Source of the DNA: a virus
Reading direction: 5' to 3' (one strand)
Length of the DNA: 64,000 bases
Virus record (IMG/VR): IMGVR_UViG_3300042553_000685
In this document: positions 15,799 through 24,724 of the stretch, one piece after another
Position numbering within the stretch: position 1 is the stretch's first letter
Layout of the letters: each line of letters starts with the position of its first letter
Made by a program: the position numbers and the translations under genes
Notes under the pieces: generated by a model
What the model saw: the letters and a program-made list of their open reading frames with translations, nothing else
Database searches by the model: none
Told to the model about the DNA's origin: nothing

Positions 15799-16485
15799 AT
15801 GAGAACACAACGCGCCGCCAAAACCACCGCAGGAACCACCGCCAAAACCACTACTACTCTATCCCCTATAGAAGCATTCAAAGCAGCGGTAGCAGAACCT
15901 AAACCACAGGAATCCAAAGCGCAACTGCTTTTCTCAATAGCGTTTACAACTAAGTTCCTTCCAGAACGCATGTGGAGCAAAATGTGTGCCGATGGAACCG
16001 TCCGGCTAATCGGCACAGTCGCGCGGACTAATAACATTACCCATCAGGGCAACCCAGTCAACAACGACCAGTTAGCTGGTCTCACAGTTGAAGTCCGGGT
16101 AACACCGGACCAATTTGAGATTATCACTGATGGCGCTGAAGACATGGTAGGAGGGGGCGTCTCTATCCTGTTTGAAGTAGGGGAGCCCAGCTTATCTGAA
16201 CTCACCGCAGCAAACGGTGAGGAAGTCAATAGCATTGTCTTCTACGCTAAGTCCTTATTAGGCATAGAAGTCAATCAGACTGCTATCGGCAGCCTAGGCT
16301 TTGAGACAAAGGAAAAGATGGATGACTGGTTCTTAGCAGCGCGGTCTCAGAATAATAATCGGCAGAAGCGCCGGCAGGAGGAACGTACTTCCCGACTGCA
16401 AGCTGCTCGTGCAGCAGCAGATGCAGCAAATAATAATAATACGGAGTGGGCGGCCCCTGCCGCAAGCACCAATCCTATGGAATAA
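15799..16485 (+). CDS. hypothetical protein (228 aa), Thr/Ala-rich N-terminus, basic C-terminal segment
   Basis: ORF track; RQKRRQEERTSRLQAARAAADAANNNN near C-terminus; no domain recognised. Confidence 0.55.
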   Translation: MRTQRAAKTTAGTTAKTTTTLSPIEAFKAAVAEPKPQESKAQLLFSIAFTTKFLPERMWSKMCADGTVRLIGTVARTNNITHQGNPVNNDQLAGLTVEVRVTPDQFEIITDGAEDMVGGGVSILFEVGEPSLSELTAANGEEVNSIVFYAKSLLGIEVNQTAIGSLGFETKEKMDDWFLAARSQNNNRQKRRQEERTSRLQAARAAADAANNNNTEWAAPAASTNPME

Positions 16486-16574
16486 GAATCAGCTGACCTT
16501 ATCGGAGGTCGGCTGATATACGCCTCTCTACCAGTAGAGAGGCGTATAAACCGTTCTACTACAGAGAGAAGGAA

Positions 16575-17585
16575 ATGAACGCTACACCACACACAATAAT
16601 ATCTAGACAGGGCGTCGAACAAAATAGAAGACAGTTTAAAGAACAACCCTTCGGGGAAGATTTGGGCAACGACATAACCTTAGAAATGGTTGCTATCCCA
16701 GGGGGAACTTTCCTGATGGGTTCATCGCCAAATGAGAAATATAGTTTTGATGATGAACACCCTCAACATCAAGTAAGTGTCCCACCCTTTTTCATGGGTA
16801 AATACCCCATCACTCAGGCTCAGTGGAAAGAGGTTGCCTCTCGCACAGATTTAAAAGTTGAAAGAGACCTTGATCTCAACCCAGCCTATTTTAAAGACCG
16901 TCCCGATAGTGATCGCCGCCCCGTAGAACAAGTCAACTGGTACGATGCCGTTGAATTTTGTGCGAGATTATCGATACTGACGGGAAGGGAATACCGACTA
17001 CCGAGTGAAGCGGAATGGGAATACGCTTGTCGTGCTGGAACTACTACCCCATTCTACTTTGGGGAAACCATTACAGGGGAATTGGCTAACTATGACGCCA
17101 GCGAAACAACTCCCGTGGGACAATTTACACCCAATGCCTTCGGACTGTACGATATGCACGGCAATGTCTGGGAATGGTGTGCTGATACTTGGCATGATAA
17201 CTATGACGGTGCGCCTAGTGACGGTAGTGTTTGGCTTGATAATAATCAAGAGGAAAATATTGATGGAAAGAGCAGATTCGGCACATATTCTGTCATGCGG
17301 GGCGGTTCTTGGTGCATACATCCGTCTTACTGCCGTTCCGCTTCCCGCAGCAGCCGCGATCGCCGCGACTACTTCAACCTCTACGGTTTTCGGGTAGTCT
17401 GCGTCGACCTTGATCGCGAGGGTGCTGATTCCCCTCGATTTTGGGATAAAGCTGATCGCTTGATGGTGGTGACGGTAGGAGGTGCAGCCCTAGGTGGATC
17501 GATTGCGGGAGTTTACGGTGCGGTTATTGGTGCGATATTAGCGGCGGGCTGCGGATGGTATATTACCTTTAGGAAAGCAAAATGA
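16575..17585 (+). CDS. FGE/SUMF1 (formylglycine-generating-enzyme, C-type-lectin-fold) domain protein with C-terminal Gly-zipper TM segment (336 aa)
   Basis: GGTFLMGS, HQVSVPPFFMGKYPITQAQW, PVEQVNWYDAVEFC, YRLPSEAEWEYACRAGT, FGLYDMHGNVWEWC, RGGSW, CRSA, GFRVV; tail GGAALGGSIAGVYGAVIGAILAAGCGW. Confidence 0.9.
   Translation: MNATPHTIISRQGVEQNRRQFKEQPFGEDLGNDITLEMVAIPGGTFLMGSSPNEKYSFDDEHPQHQVSVPPFFMGKYPITQAQWKEVASRTDLKVERDLDLNPAYFKDRPDSDRRPVEQVNWYDAVEFCARLSILTGREYRLPSEAEWEYACRAGTTTPFYFGETITGELANYDASETTPVGQFTPNAFGLYDMHGNVWEWCADTWHDNYDGAPSDGSVWLDNNQEENIDGKSRFGTYSVMRGGSWCIHPSYCRSASRSSRDRRDYFNLYGFRVVCVDLDREGADSPRFWDKADRLMVVTVGGAALGGSIAGVYGAVIGAILAAGCGWYITFRKAK
17295..17402 (+). other. DGR-variable-region-like 3' segment of FGE gene 1
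   Basis: RGGSW-CIHPSY-CRSA-S-R-SSRD-RR-DYFNLY-GFRVVC: conserved scaffold codons alternate with codons that differ among the three paralogues. Confidence 0.5.
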
Positions 17586-17624
17586 AAACTTTGTTATCAG
17601 CAATCAAATAATAGAGGTTATGTC

Positions 17625-17990
17625 ATGTTGTCATTTGAAGAGCTTCAGAGTAAAGCATTAGCAGAGAAACAATTGCTGTCATATGAAGAGTTTCAGAATC
17701 GGGTCTTAGAGGTATTTAATGCCTCTGAAGAAGAGTGCGATTTTTATGATTTCTCGCGTAGTTTCGTTGCAGAAATTAGTTACACTAATCGCCAGTGGTT
17801 ACAGTTTGTGATCAAGTATATCACAGACCCTGAAAACTGTTACTGTGGCCACTGGATTACCGTAAAAAGGTACGACAAGGCCTGTAAGAGTATTACTGAG
17901 TTATTGCCTCAAGCAATAGAAGTTCTTGCACAAAGAACAGAGGAAAGTATAAAAGAAGAAATTGCTGTTTTTAACCAATTAAAGAAGTAA
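17625..17990 (+). CDS. hypothetical protein (121 aa)
   Basis: ORF track; AT-rich host-like composition, follows FGE gene. Confidence 0.5.
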   Translation: MLSFEELQSKALAEKQLLSYEEFQNRVLEVFNASEEECDFYDFSRSFVAEISYTNRQWLQFVIKYITDPENCYCGHWITVKRYDKACKSITELLPQAIEVLAQRTEESIKEEIAVFNQLKK

Positions 17991-18004
17991 TTAGGGAGTA
18001 AAAA

Positions 18005-18190
18005 ATGAGCCTCTGCCTATCATGCGCCCGTCCTAAAGATAAAGACCCGTGTATGGGTCAATTCTCTGACGGGCATTACTATTGGGGAACTCCAGTAGTT
18101 CGGTCCGAATTGGAGAAGGTACCTTCTTGGGTACGGGATAAAGAAGTATATTCTGTTAAGGAGTGCAGCAGATGGGAAGAAAACCCTTAA
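18005..18190 (+). CDS. hypothetical protein (61 aa)
   Basis: ORF track; AGGGAG RBS 7 nt upstream. Confidence 0.45.
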   Translation: MSLCLSCARPKDKDPCMGQFSDGHYYWGTPVVRSELEKVPSWVRDKEVYSVKECSRWEENP

Positions 18191-18801
18191 GTGCCTTAAT
18201 AATATGTGCAATAACGGCACTCGGCGTAGCTGCATTCGCTGGCGTAGGATCTAACCTATCGAAGGCCTCGCCTTCCATATGTAGCGCTAATAATGACAAG
18301 GTAGTAGATAGAGTTAAGGTAATCACATCCACCGATCCCCTACTTGCCTCTAATAGGAGAGGCTGTTATGTATATATACCCTTAGATGGGCCCCCGCCTG
18401 AGATAGGCGAGCGGTTAACTATACGAGGGAGAATGGTGAATGGTGAGTTTAAGGGCACCTATAACCGTACTTATCTAGACTATGATAGTGATAGCAACCC
18501 TAGGCTTAAGAAGCGGTTCCTCAGAATAGAGGAGCCCTTACAAGAGACCGAACCTGGTTCTGGTTACTATCTGTTAGGTAACCTCAGCCTACGCGTCGAT
18601 GCGCTCGACGTGCGGGCCATCAATTATGCGTTACGACACGGCGGTGTCGTATACGCCATCATCGAATGGGACCAAGGTGTAGTTTATACTATGACCTTCG
18701 TTAACGAGACCGAGTTCTATGAGGCCATAAAACGTGCTAGATACACTACTCGCTCTTATACTAGGGAGGAGGCCCCCGCCCATACCAGTAGAGCTATGTG
18801 A
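18172..18801 (+). CDS. hypothetical secreted/membrane-anchored protein (209 aa)
   Basis: ATG at 18172 with AAGGAG upstream; N-terminal hydrophobic segment LSALIICAITALGVAAFAGV. Confidence 0.55.
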   Translation: MGRKPLSALIICAITALGVAAFAGVGSNLSKASPSICSANNDKVVDRVKVITSTDPLLASNRRGCYVYIPLDGPPPEIGERLTIRGRMVNGEFKGTYNRTYLDYDSDSNPRLKKRFLRIEEPLQETEPGSGYYLLGNLSLRVDALDVRAINYALRHGGVVYAIIEWDQGVVYTMTFVNETEFYEAIKRARYTTRSYTREEAPAHTSRAM

Positions 18802-19039
18802 TATAAAGCGCCATAATGGCGCCCACGTGACAATTAGGAAGGCCTGGGTTAAGAGCACTACATACTCTAACCCTCTACTACCCGACCATGCCTACGCCCT
18901 CCTATACGAGGACGTAGGCACTAGTAGGTGCAGTGTACTTATCCTGGCTAAAAGAATACGCAGCGGTAGGTTTATAGAAGTAACGGGTAACGTTAGTAAC
19001 GGCACGTTAATTAACGTTACCTTTAAAACATTACCTTAG
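18734..19039 (+). CDS. hypothetical protein (start uncertain)
   Basis: ORF track; 5' part overlaps previous gene, true start probably downstream of 18801. Confidence 0.35.
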   Translation: MLDTLLALILGRRPPPIPVELCDIKRHNGAHVTIRKAWVKSTTYSNPLLPDHAYALLYEDVGTSRCSVLILAKRIRSGRFIEVTGNVSNGTLINVTFKTLP

Positions 19040-19049
19040 GGTAAGTCAC

Positions 19050-20093
19050 ATGACAATCGTATTGGGGGCACTGGCCCTCATAGTATCTCTGATACCATAT
19101 CTCAGTATCGAGATTCTGTTGATGGCGCTTATGCCGCTTATTAGCGGCGATAACGCGATGGGCGTATTAGCTATAGTGATAATTGGCACTATCACCAGTG
19201 AGGCCCGCATGAGTAACCCGGCCTTCACTGGTATGAGGGTAGTTACCGCCACTAGCGGGTACGACGCATCGGCTTCGCTGTTAATACGCATCACCAGCCT
19301 AATTGGTGGCATAGTAGCCAGTCTAGGCATAGTAGTCATGGACCAATACCTCGGTGTATCTCATATGTGGATAACGCCATTAATGATGGTCATCTTCATA
19401 TTGGTGCAGTGTTGGGGCCGCGCCGAGATGGTAGGTCTAGCCGTGATAACGGCTATCTTCCTATGGTTCCTGCATAGTCAGCCCCACGCTACTACCATCC
19501 TGGGTATGGGGGGCTACGTTATGGCCAGCCTAATACGCCCCGCTAGGCGTAAGACTGAGGACTGTGAGACCAGCAATGCGCTGGGCATCGCTATATCACT
19601 AGGACCATTCCTGGCTATTGGGTTACCTGTAGCCGCAGCCGCCCCTGATGGTAAGACTGAATCCTATCTCGAAGCGGTAGTGCGGGGCATATCATTGGGA
19701 CTAGTCATGTTAGGTAATAGTAGTGGGCGAGATGCCATGAGTTCCTATCTGGCCCTAACGGATGTAGATCAGTTGAATTGGCCCGCCTTCGTCGGCGTAG
19801 TAGTGTTACTGACGCCCCTATTCTTATCAGCCTATTGGCTGACCATCTGGATGATAAGGAGTCCTATGTGGCAACGCTGGTTACACGCCGGCCCCACTCG
19901 CCTTATCAATCTAGGTGTAACGGCGGCCGCGCTGGTCGTGTTGATGGCATCGGCTCACGTTAGTATTCTATTCCTACCGGGGGCCGTATGTCTAGGACTG
20001 ATGTATATGGTAGGGGAGTTATCAGGAATAGATAAGATGCTACCCTTCCCCATACTAATAGTCGTCAGTTATATAAGCCAATGGGTCTCCTAG
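19050..20093 (+). CDS. polytopic integral membrane protein (347 aa)
   Basis: ORF track; about 8-10 hydrophobic segments along the sequence; family not recognised. Confidence 0.6.
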   Translation: MTIVLGALALIVSLIPYLSIEILLMALMPLISGDNAMGVLAIVIIGTITSEARMSNPAFTGMRVVTATSGYDASASLLIRITSLIGGIVASLGIVVMDQYLGVSHMWITPLMMVIFILVQCWGRAEMVGLAVITAIFLWFLHSQPHATTILGMGGYVMASLIRPARRKTEDCETSNALGIAISLGPFLAIGLPVAAAAPDGKTESYLEAVVRGISLGLVMLGNSSGRDAMSSYLALTDVDQLNWPAFVGVVVLLTPLFLSAYWLTIWMIRSPMWQRWLHAGPTRLINLGVTAAALVVLMASAHVSILFLPGAVCLGLMYMVGELSGIDKMLPFPILIVVSYISQWVS

Positions 20094-20194
20094 TGTAATA
20101 CTAGGCCCCAGTGGGGCACTAGGGGACATCGACTGCGGCCTAATCGGCGGCACTGGGTGTACCCATCCATTAACTACATACGCCGGAGAGCTAT

Positions 20195-20434
20195 ATGCCT
20201 ATAGAATTAGATGCGCGTCACGTAGCGTATCTATCACTGTTCATGTTCGCGGTGATCGTGCTGGTCATCACGCATAGTGTAGCGGTATTGCTAATCGTAG
20301 CATTCCTGGCCCGCGCGCTCTATCTATCGAGCTCCAAGCGGAGCAATGCGCGTATCATACTATCACCTAATGGTGTAGAGAGTCGAGTAGGCGGGAAGAG
20401 CTACTGGAAGATAGGGGAGGTAGGAAATGTCTAG
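20195..20434 (+). CDS. small membrane protein (79 aa)
   Basis: ORF track; hydrophobic stretch YLSLFMFAVIVLVITHSVAVLLIVAFLA. Confidence 0.5.
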   Translation: MPIELDARHVAYLSLFMFAVIVLVITHSVAVLLIVAFLARALYLSSSKRSNARIILSPNGVESRVGGKSYWKIGEVGNV

Positions 20435-20603
20435 CTACCCCATTCATCTATATAGTCTAGCCATTAAGCCGCGATATAAAGAACTAGTAGTTCTTGTATC
20501 CAAGGCATGTCTGGAGATGAAGAAGGCCCCCGCAGGGGGGACCAGCCGTCAAGTATGGCCATACTACGGAGCCCGCCGCGGAGAAGAGTGGCCGCACCAC
20601 TAA
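20427..20603 (+). CDS. hypothetical 58-aa protein
   Basis: Hand-found; ATG at 20427 with GGAGG 8 nt upstream, overlapping previous stop; MSSYPIHLYSLAIKPRYKELVVL... Confidence 0.35.
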   Translation: MSSYPIHLYSLAIKPRYKELVVLVSKACLEMKKAPAGGTSRQVWPYYGARRGEEWPHH

Positions 20604-20649
20604 GGGGCACCAGGTCCCGCCTTATCAATTAACCAACTAACGAGGTAAT

Positions 20650-21159
20650 ATGAAGCTCAGAATCAAATTGACACGTAGCAACAAGACCCAGCAAGTAACA
20701 TTTACTACTAGTCCTAAGAATGGCAACACGGTGCTAACTGGCACCGTGGTGGGGGCCAGTGATTATCAATTGAACGTGAATGGTAACCTCGTTGATGTCA
20801 GTGAGTTAGCCATTGGGCTGACTGTTAATCTAGTATTCAGACCACAAGATACTGATACTATAGCCAAGCACGTAGCTAATGGTTACCGTATCCATGGAAA
20901 TGGCAGTCCATTCATCACGATGGTGATTGAATGTCAAACTAAGAAGCCCGCAGCCGGGGGCAACATAATCATCATGGGGGACGACATTGAGTCAATTGAC
21001 TATGAAGCATGGAATGACGATACCTTCGTGAATGAGGACGAGTTAGATATGCTCTTCAATAAGAAGGCAGAAACTAAGGGAGCAAGTGGAGCAGCGCGTG
21101 AAGCAAGTGCTCCTACTTCAGGTGCTCCCAACTGTTTCAACCGTAAGGTAACTCTCTAA
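20650..21159 (+). CDS. hypothetical protein (169 aa)
   Basis: ORF track; GAGG RBS; no motif recognised. Confidence 0.55.
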   Translation: MKLRIKLTRSNKTQQVTFTTSPKNGNTVLTGTVVGASDYQLNVNGNLVDVSELAIGLTVNLVFRPQDTDTIAKHVANGYRIHGNGSPFITMVIECQTKKPAAGGNIIIMGDDIESIDYEAWNDDTFVNEDELDMLFNKKAETKGASGAAREASAPTSGAPNCFNRKVTL

Positions 21160-21259
21160 GAGAGACACTAATAGAGAGCTAGAGTAGCCTAGCTATAAAT
21201 TACACGGCCCGCGGCTACTAGCGGGCCAACCCCGCTCATACCAGAGGGCGCGTAATACA

Positions 21260-21670
21260 TTGAGTAAACTAAACACAGCACTAGAGGTAATAGCAGAATG
21301 GTTAGAGGAGTATGGCCCCGCCCATCTCCCCATTCTAATGCGATACGCCTTACTAGAGAGATACACATTAACGAAGGCCCGAGAGATGGGCCACGATATT
21401 AATATATGTACAACAGCGTTCAAGAGCCTATGGATAGAGGCCAATGATGAGGAGGTGCAGATCGCGATATTACTGGGGAGGTATCTAGAGGGAAGAGGAA
21501 GAGTAGAATACTTCCGAGAGAGGCCCGAGTTAATAGAGGCGATGGGCTACTTCATGGCCCTAGGAGACCACGAGTTTTACAGAGGACTAGACAATAAGAC
21601 AATAAATGCGGCTAGAGAGAGAGCCGCGCGGGCAAGCAGTACTAGACTAAACAAATCATATGCAAACTAA
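21260..21670 (+). CDS. hypothetical protein (136 aa, TTG start)
   Basis: ORF track; first codon is TTG; antisense ORF 21193..21444 judged spurious. Confidence 0.45.
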   Translation: MSKLNTALEVIAEWLEEYGPAHLPILMRYALLERYTLTKAREMGHDINICTTAFKSLWIEANDEEVQIAILLGRYLEGRGRVEYFRERPELIEAMGYFMALGDHEFYRGLDNKTINAARERAARASSTRLNKSYAN

Positions 21671-21905
21671 ATACACAATACGAGCAAAGGATGGTAGGTA
21701 CCTCTCTCCCATTACTAGAGAGGAAGCAGAGGAGTTACTGAAGAGCGGTCTAATTAAGAAGGATAGCGAGGACGGGTACATAATGGTAGCAGACAGCGCG
21801 TTTGCCGTCAGTCAATACGTGATATATGATTGCCAGCACTTATGTGATGATTTAATAAATAATAATAAGACAACAGCTACCGCCGAACAGCCCCGCTCCT
21901 TATAA
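21660..21905 (+). CDS. hypothetical protein (81 aa)
   Basis: ORF track; 11-nt overlap with previous gene. Confidence 0.45.
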   Translation: MQTKYTIRAKDGRYLSPITREEAEELLKSGLIKKDSEDGYIMVADSAFAVSQYVIYDCQHLCDDLINNNKTTATAEQPRSL

Positions 21906-21985
21906 GTAAACAGCCCCTATAAGGGATAGAGCCGAGAGGTAGAGGGGCCCGTCGTAATTGTGAGTACAGCCTCATAGCAACAGCG

Positions 21986-22312
21986 TCACACGTAGGCGGC
22001 CTGCTCACTCCTGAAGATATCAAGTAGGGGATCGATAGTAGATCTAAGGCCAGCCATGAGATGGCGAGCTGCATCAGTAGGTAGGCCCCGCCACCAGCGT
22101 TGCACCTTCTCCTGAGCCCAATCGAGGCCCAATCGCGTCATAGTGCACTGTAGTGTGCGCTCAAGCAGGCGGGTGAACTGAGCGAGGGGGCGTATATCAC
22201 CACTATCGGTACCGTAGTGTGCTACCCACTGAGAGGGGTCAGCGATAACCTCAGGATTCTGAGTAGCGTAGGCCAGGAGTTTATTCTCGATGGGGTTAAA
22301 TACAGAAGCCAA
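21986..22312 (-). CDS. hypothetical protein, possibly 5'-truncated by the adjacent IS (108 aa)
   Basis: ORF begins with TTG directly at the compositional break to the IS607-type element. Confidence 0.4.
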   Translation of the reverse strand: MASVFNPIENKLLAYATQNPEVIADPSQWVAHYGTDSGDIRPLAQFTRLLERTLQCTMTRLGLDWAQEKVQRWWRGLPTDAARHLMAGLRSTIDPLLDIFRSEQAAYV

Positions 22313-22365
22313 AAACCTAACTAATATTATCCAAAATTACTCATGACTTGTGCTATAATAGTTCT

Positions 22366-22974
22366 ATGAGTAAGTTAACCATATCGGAAGCCGCTAAATT
22401 GAAAGGTGTAAGCGTATCGACGTTAAGGCGTTGGGAGTCTGAAGGTAAACTAATTCCAGAACGGACTGCTAATGGGCATCGTCGTTATACAATTTCTCAG
22501 TTGCTTGGTTTAAAAGAGAATCTCTCTTATACTGTTGGCTATTGCCGTGTTTCTAGTCATGACCAAAAGAAGGATTTAGAACGTCAAAAAGAAGTTGTCG
22601 AACTGTTTTGCGCTCAAAACGGTTGGCAAGTTGAAATTATAGACGACCTAGGTTCAGGACTTAACTACAACAAAAAAGGATTAAAGCGATTAATTCGGTT
22701 GATTGTTGATAGTAAAGTAGAGAGATTAGTCTTAACTCATAAGGATAGATTACTTAGATTTGGTAGTGAATTAATCTTTAGTCTGTGTGAGCAATTCGGG
22801 ACTGAAGTTGTCATTATTAATCGAACTGAAGACAGTACATTTGAGGAGGATTTAGCACAAGATGTCTTAGAGATTATTACGGTATTTTCCGCTAGATTGT
22901 ATGGCTCTAGAAGCCATAAAAATAGAAAAATCGTAGAGGAGTTAAGAGACGTTGCTACTAGGATTCAAGACTGA
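22366..22974 (+). CDS. tnpA: IS607-type transposase TnpA (MerR-like HTH + serine recombinase)
   Basis: LTISEAAKLKGVSVSTLRRWESEGKL (HTH) and YCRVSSHDQKKDLERQ (catalytic Ser motif); start at ATG 22366. Confidence 0.9.
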   Translation: MSKLTISEAAKLKGVSVSTLRRWESEGKLIPERTANGHRRYTISQLLGLKENLSYTVGYCRVSSHDQKKDLERQKEVVELFCAQNGWQVEIIDDLGSGLNYNKKGLKRLIRLIVDSKVERLVLTHKDRLLRFGSELIFSLCEQFGTEVVIINRTEDSTFEEDLAQDVLEIITVFSARLYGSRSHKNRKIVEELRDVATRIQD

Positions 22975-24124
22975 GTTAAAACTAAATAATCAACAACGCT
23001 CATTATTAGCCCAACACGCAGGAACCGCACGTCATGCTTGGAATTGGGGTTTGGCTTTAACCAAGCAAATTTTAGACCATAATCAAGCTAACCCTGATGA
23101 AAAAATCAAGTTTCCTACGGCTATTGACCTTCACAAATGGTTGGTAGCATTGGTAAAATCAGAGCATGATTGGTATTATCAAGTGTCTAAATGCGCCCCC
23201 CAATGGGCGTTAAGAGCTTTATCCGATGCTTGGAAAAGATGCTTCAAGAAGATAGCCAAACCACCAAATTTCAAGAAGAAAGGTAAACAGGATAGTTTCA
23301 CTTTAGATGGGAGCATTAAAGTTGCTCATCAAAAGATAAAAGTTCCTGTAATTGGTTGGTTAAAAACTTACGAGCGGCTACCCTATGGATACCAGCCAAA
23401 ATCTGTCACTATTAGTAAAAAAGCTAATAGGTGGTTTATTAGTTTTAAGATGGAAGTTGAACAGCAAACAACCAATAAAACTCATGATGTAGTTGGTTGT
23501 GATCTGGGAATTAAATCTTTAGCTACTTTATCGACAGGGGAGACGTTTGAAGGCTCTAAAAGTTATCGTAAATACGAAAAACAATTAGCCAGACTTCAAT
23601 ACTTGAACCGACATAAGGTAAAAGGTTCAAATAATTGGAACAAAGCCCAACGGCAAATAGCTAAACTTCATTTTAAAATAGCTAATATCCGTAAAGATAC
23701 GTTACATAAACTCACCACTTATTTAGCCAAGAACCACGGCCAGATAGTAATTGAGGATTTAAATGTGTCTGGGATGATGGCTAATCACAAATTAGCTAAA
23801 GCCGTTCAGGATATGGGGTTTTACGAGTTCCGAAGACAACTTGATTATAAAACTCAGTTGTATGGTTCGGAATTAATCATAGCCGATAGGTGGTTTCCTA
23901 GTAGTAAAACCTGTTTTAATTGTGGGTACAAGAAAGAGTCTCTATCTTTAACTGAAAGAGTTTTTGAGTGTGAACAATGCCATGCAGTTTGCGGTCGAGA
24001 CTTGAACGCTAGTCTAAATCTAGCTTCTTTGGCGGTGAGTTCCACCGTGTCAGCTTGTGGAGTAGATAGTGCCGACACTACTACAGTGAAGCAGGAAGTT
24101 AACGTCAAATTTGCTCATGAGTAG
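22952..24124 (+). CDS. tnpB: TnpB (OrfB_IS605, RuvC-like + zinc ribbon) RNA-guided nuclease family
   Basis: GCDLGIKSLATLS, IVIEDLNVSGM, CFNCGYKKESLSLTERVFECEQCHAVCGRDLNASLNL; TTG start overlapping tnpA end. Confidence 0.9.
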   Translation: MLLGFKTELKLNNQQRSLLAQHAGTARHAWNWGLALTKQILDHNQANPDEKIKFPTAIDLHKWLVALVKSEHDWYYQVSKCAPQWALRALSDAWKRCFKKIAKPPNFKKKGKQDSFTLDGSIKVAHQKIKVPVIGWLKTYERLPYGYQPKSVTISKKANRWFISFKMEVEQQTTNKTHDVVGCDLGIKSLATLSTGETFEGSKSYRKYEKQLARLQYLNRHKVKGSNNWNKAQRQIAKLHFKIANIRKDTLHKLTTYLAKNHGQIVIEDLNVSGMMANHKLAKAVQDMGFYEFRRQLDYKTQLYGSELIIADRWFPSSKTCFNCGYKKESLSLTERVFECEQCHAVCGRDLNASLNLASLAVSSTVSACGVDSADTTTVKQEVNVKFAHE

Positions 24125-24285
24125 ATTTGAGTAGGTTTAATAGAACGGTCTTGAAACAGTGGGTCATTTGCTGTATAATTGGTTTATTGCGGGTGCGGCG
24201 CAAATGAACCTTGAAAACTCCATAGCGTATGGCCTTTACCACTGGGCGGTTCGAATTAATCTTAAACCCTACTAGGGATTGAAAC
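24125..24285 (+). ncRNA. putative omega-RNA scaffold / right-end region of the IS607-type element
   Basis: Position immediately 3' of tnpB, where TnpB guide-RNA scaffolds are encoded; ends in the repeat-like hairpin at 24249-24285. Confidence 0.35.
24249..24285 (+). CRISPR. solitary 37-nt CRISPR-repeat-like sequence
   Basis: GTTCGAATTAATCTTAAACCCTACTAGGGATTGAAAC has a GTT start, a CCCTA/TAGGG palindrome and an ATTGAAAC 3' handle. It closely resembles 37-nt repeats of cyanobacterial type I-D/III arrays as I recall them. Single copy in the window. Confidence 0.6.
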
Positions 24286-24333
24286 CTCATAAGACGGCTC
24301 AAAGTGATTCGATTCCGCTATTCTGCATACAGC
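24286..24333 (+). pseudogene. tRNA-Met 3'-half copy (anticodon loop to 3' end plus flank)
   Basis: ctcataagacggctcaaagtgattcgattccgctattctgca matches positions 32-73 of the tRNA at 25448-25520, with differences clustered in the variable loop and T-stem. No 5' half is present. Confidence 0.8.
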
Positions 24334-24724
24334 GTTAGAGCAAAACCCACAACGTCATATAAGTTAAACCTATGAGTCACTATCAAAGTACCATTCCACC
24401 CTCTGGGGCAAACCTATTAACTATTGATTGCACTCTATGCTGGCGTTACTTAGTATAGAGTATAATATTGTATATCGATAAGTTATACTTATCAATTAAC
24501 CACAGCTTCTCTCACCTCAGATAGATATGCCCATAACATACAGTTATAATATATAACAATTCAAACATAAATAATTGGGGTTTTTAATACAGCGTTGTAA
24601 ATACGGCAAATATCGCCATATTTAGCTATATTTAAACAAATATTAAGCTATCAAATGCGAGCGAAACCTAGGCAGAGAGATAGACAAGAGTGAGTAGCCA
24701 CTCAATTATTAAGGAGATATAGGC

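Larger units (their letters stand above)
22313..24285 (+). mobile_element. IS607-family insertion sequence (tnpA serine recombinase + tnpB); ends approximate
   Basis: Paired tnpA/tnpB with overlapping ends. Sharp switch to AT-rich, GGGCCC-free composition. Left end placed at the compositional break, right end at the boundary with tRNA-homologous DNA. Confidence 0.7.

Noticed and set aside
17355-17362. HIP1 octamer GCGATCGC as evidence of cyanobacterial origin
   Set aside because: I noticed only a single occurrence in the window, which is too little to carry weight. It also lies inside the VR-like segment.
21193-21444. 83-aa minus-strand ORF overlapping 21260..21670
   Set aside because: It lies antisense to a plus-strand ORF that fits the surrounding co-directional gene chain, and its sequence is unconvincing.
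24105-24302. 65-aa minus-strand ORF
   Set aside because: It lies antisense across the tnpB 3' end, the putative omega-RNA region and the CRISPR-like repeat, and has no RBS.
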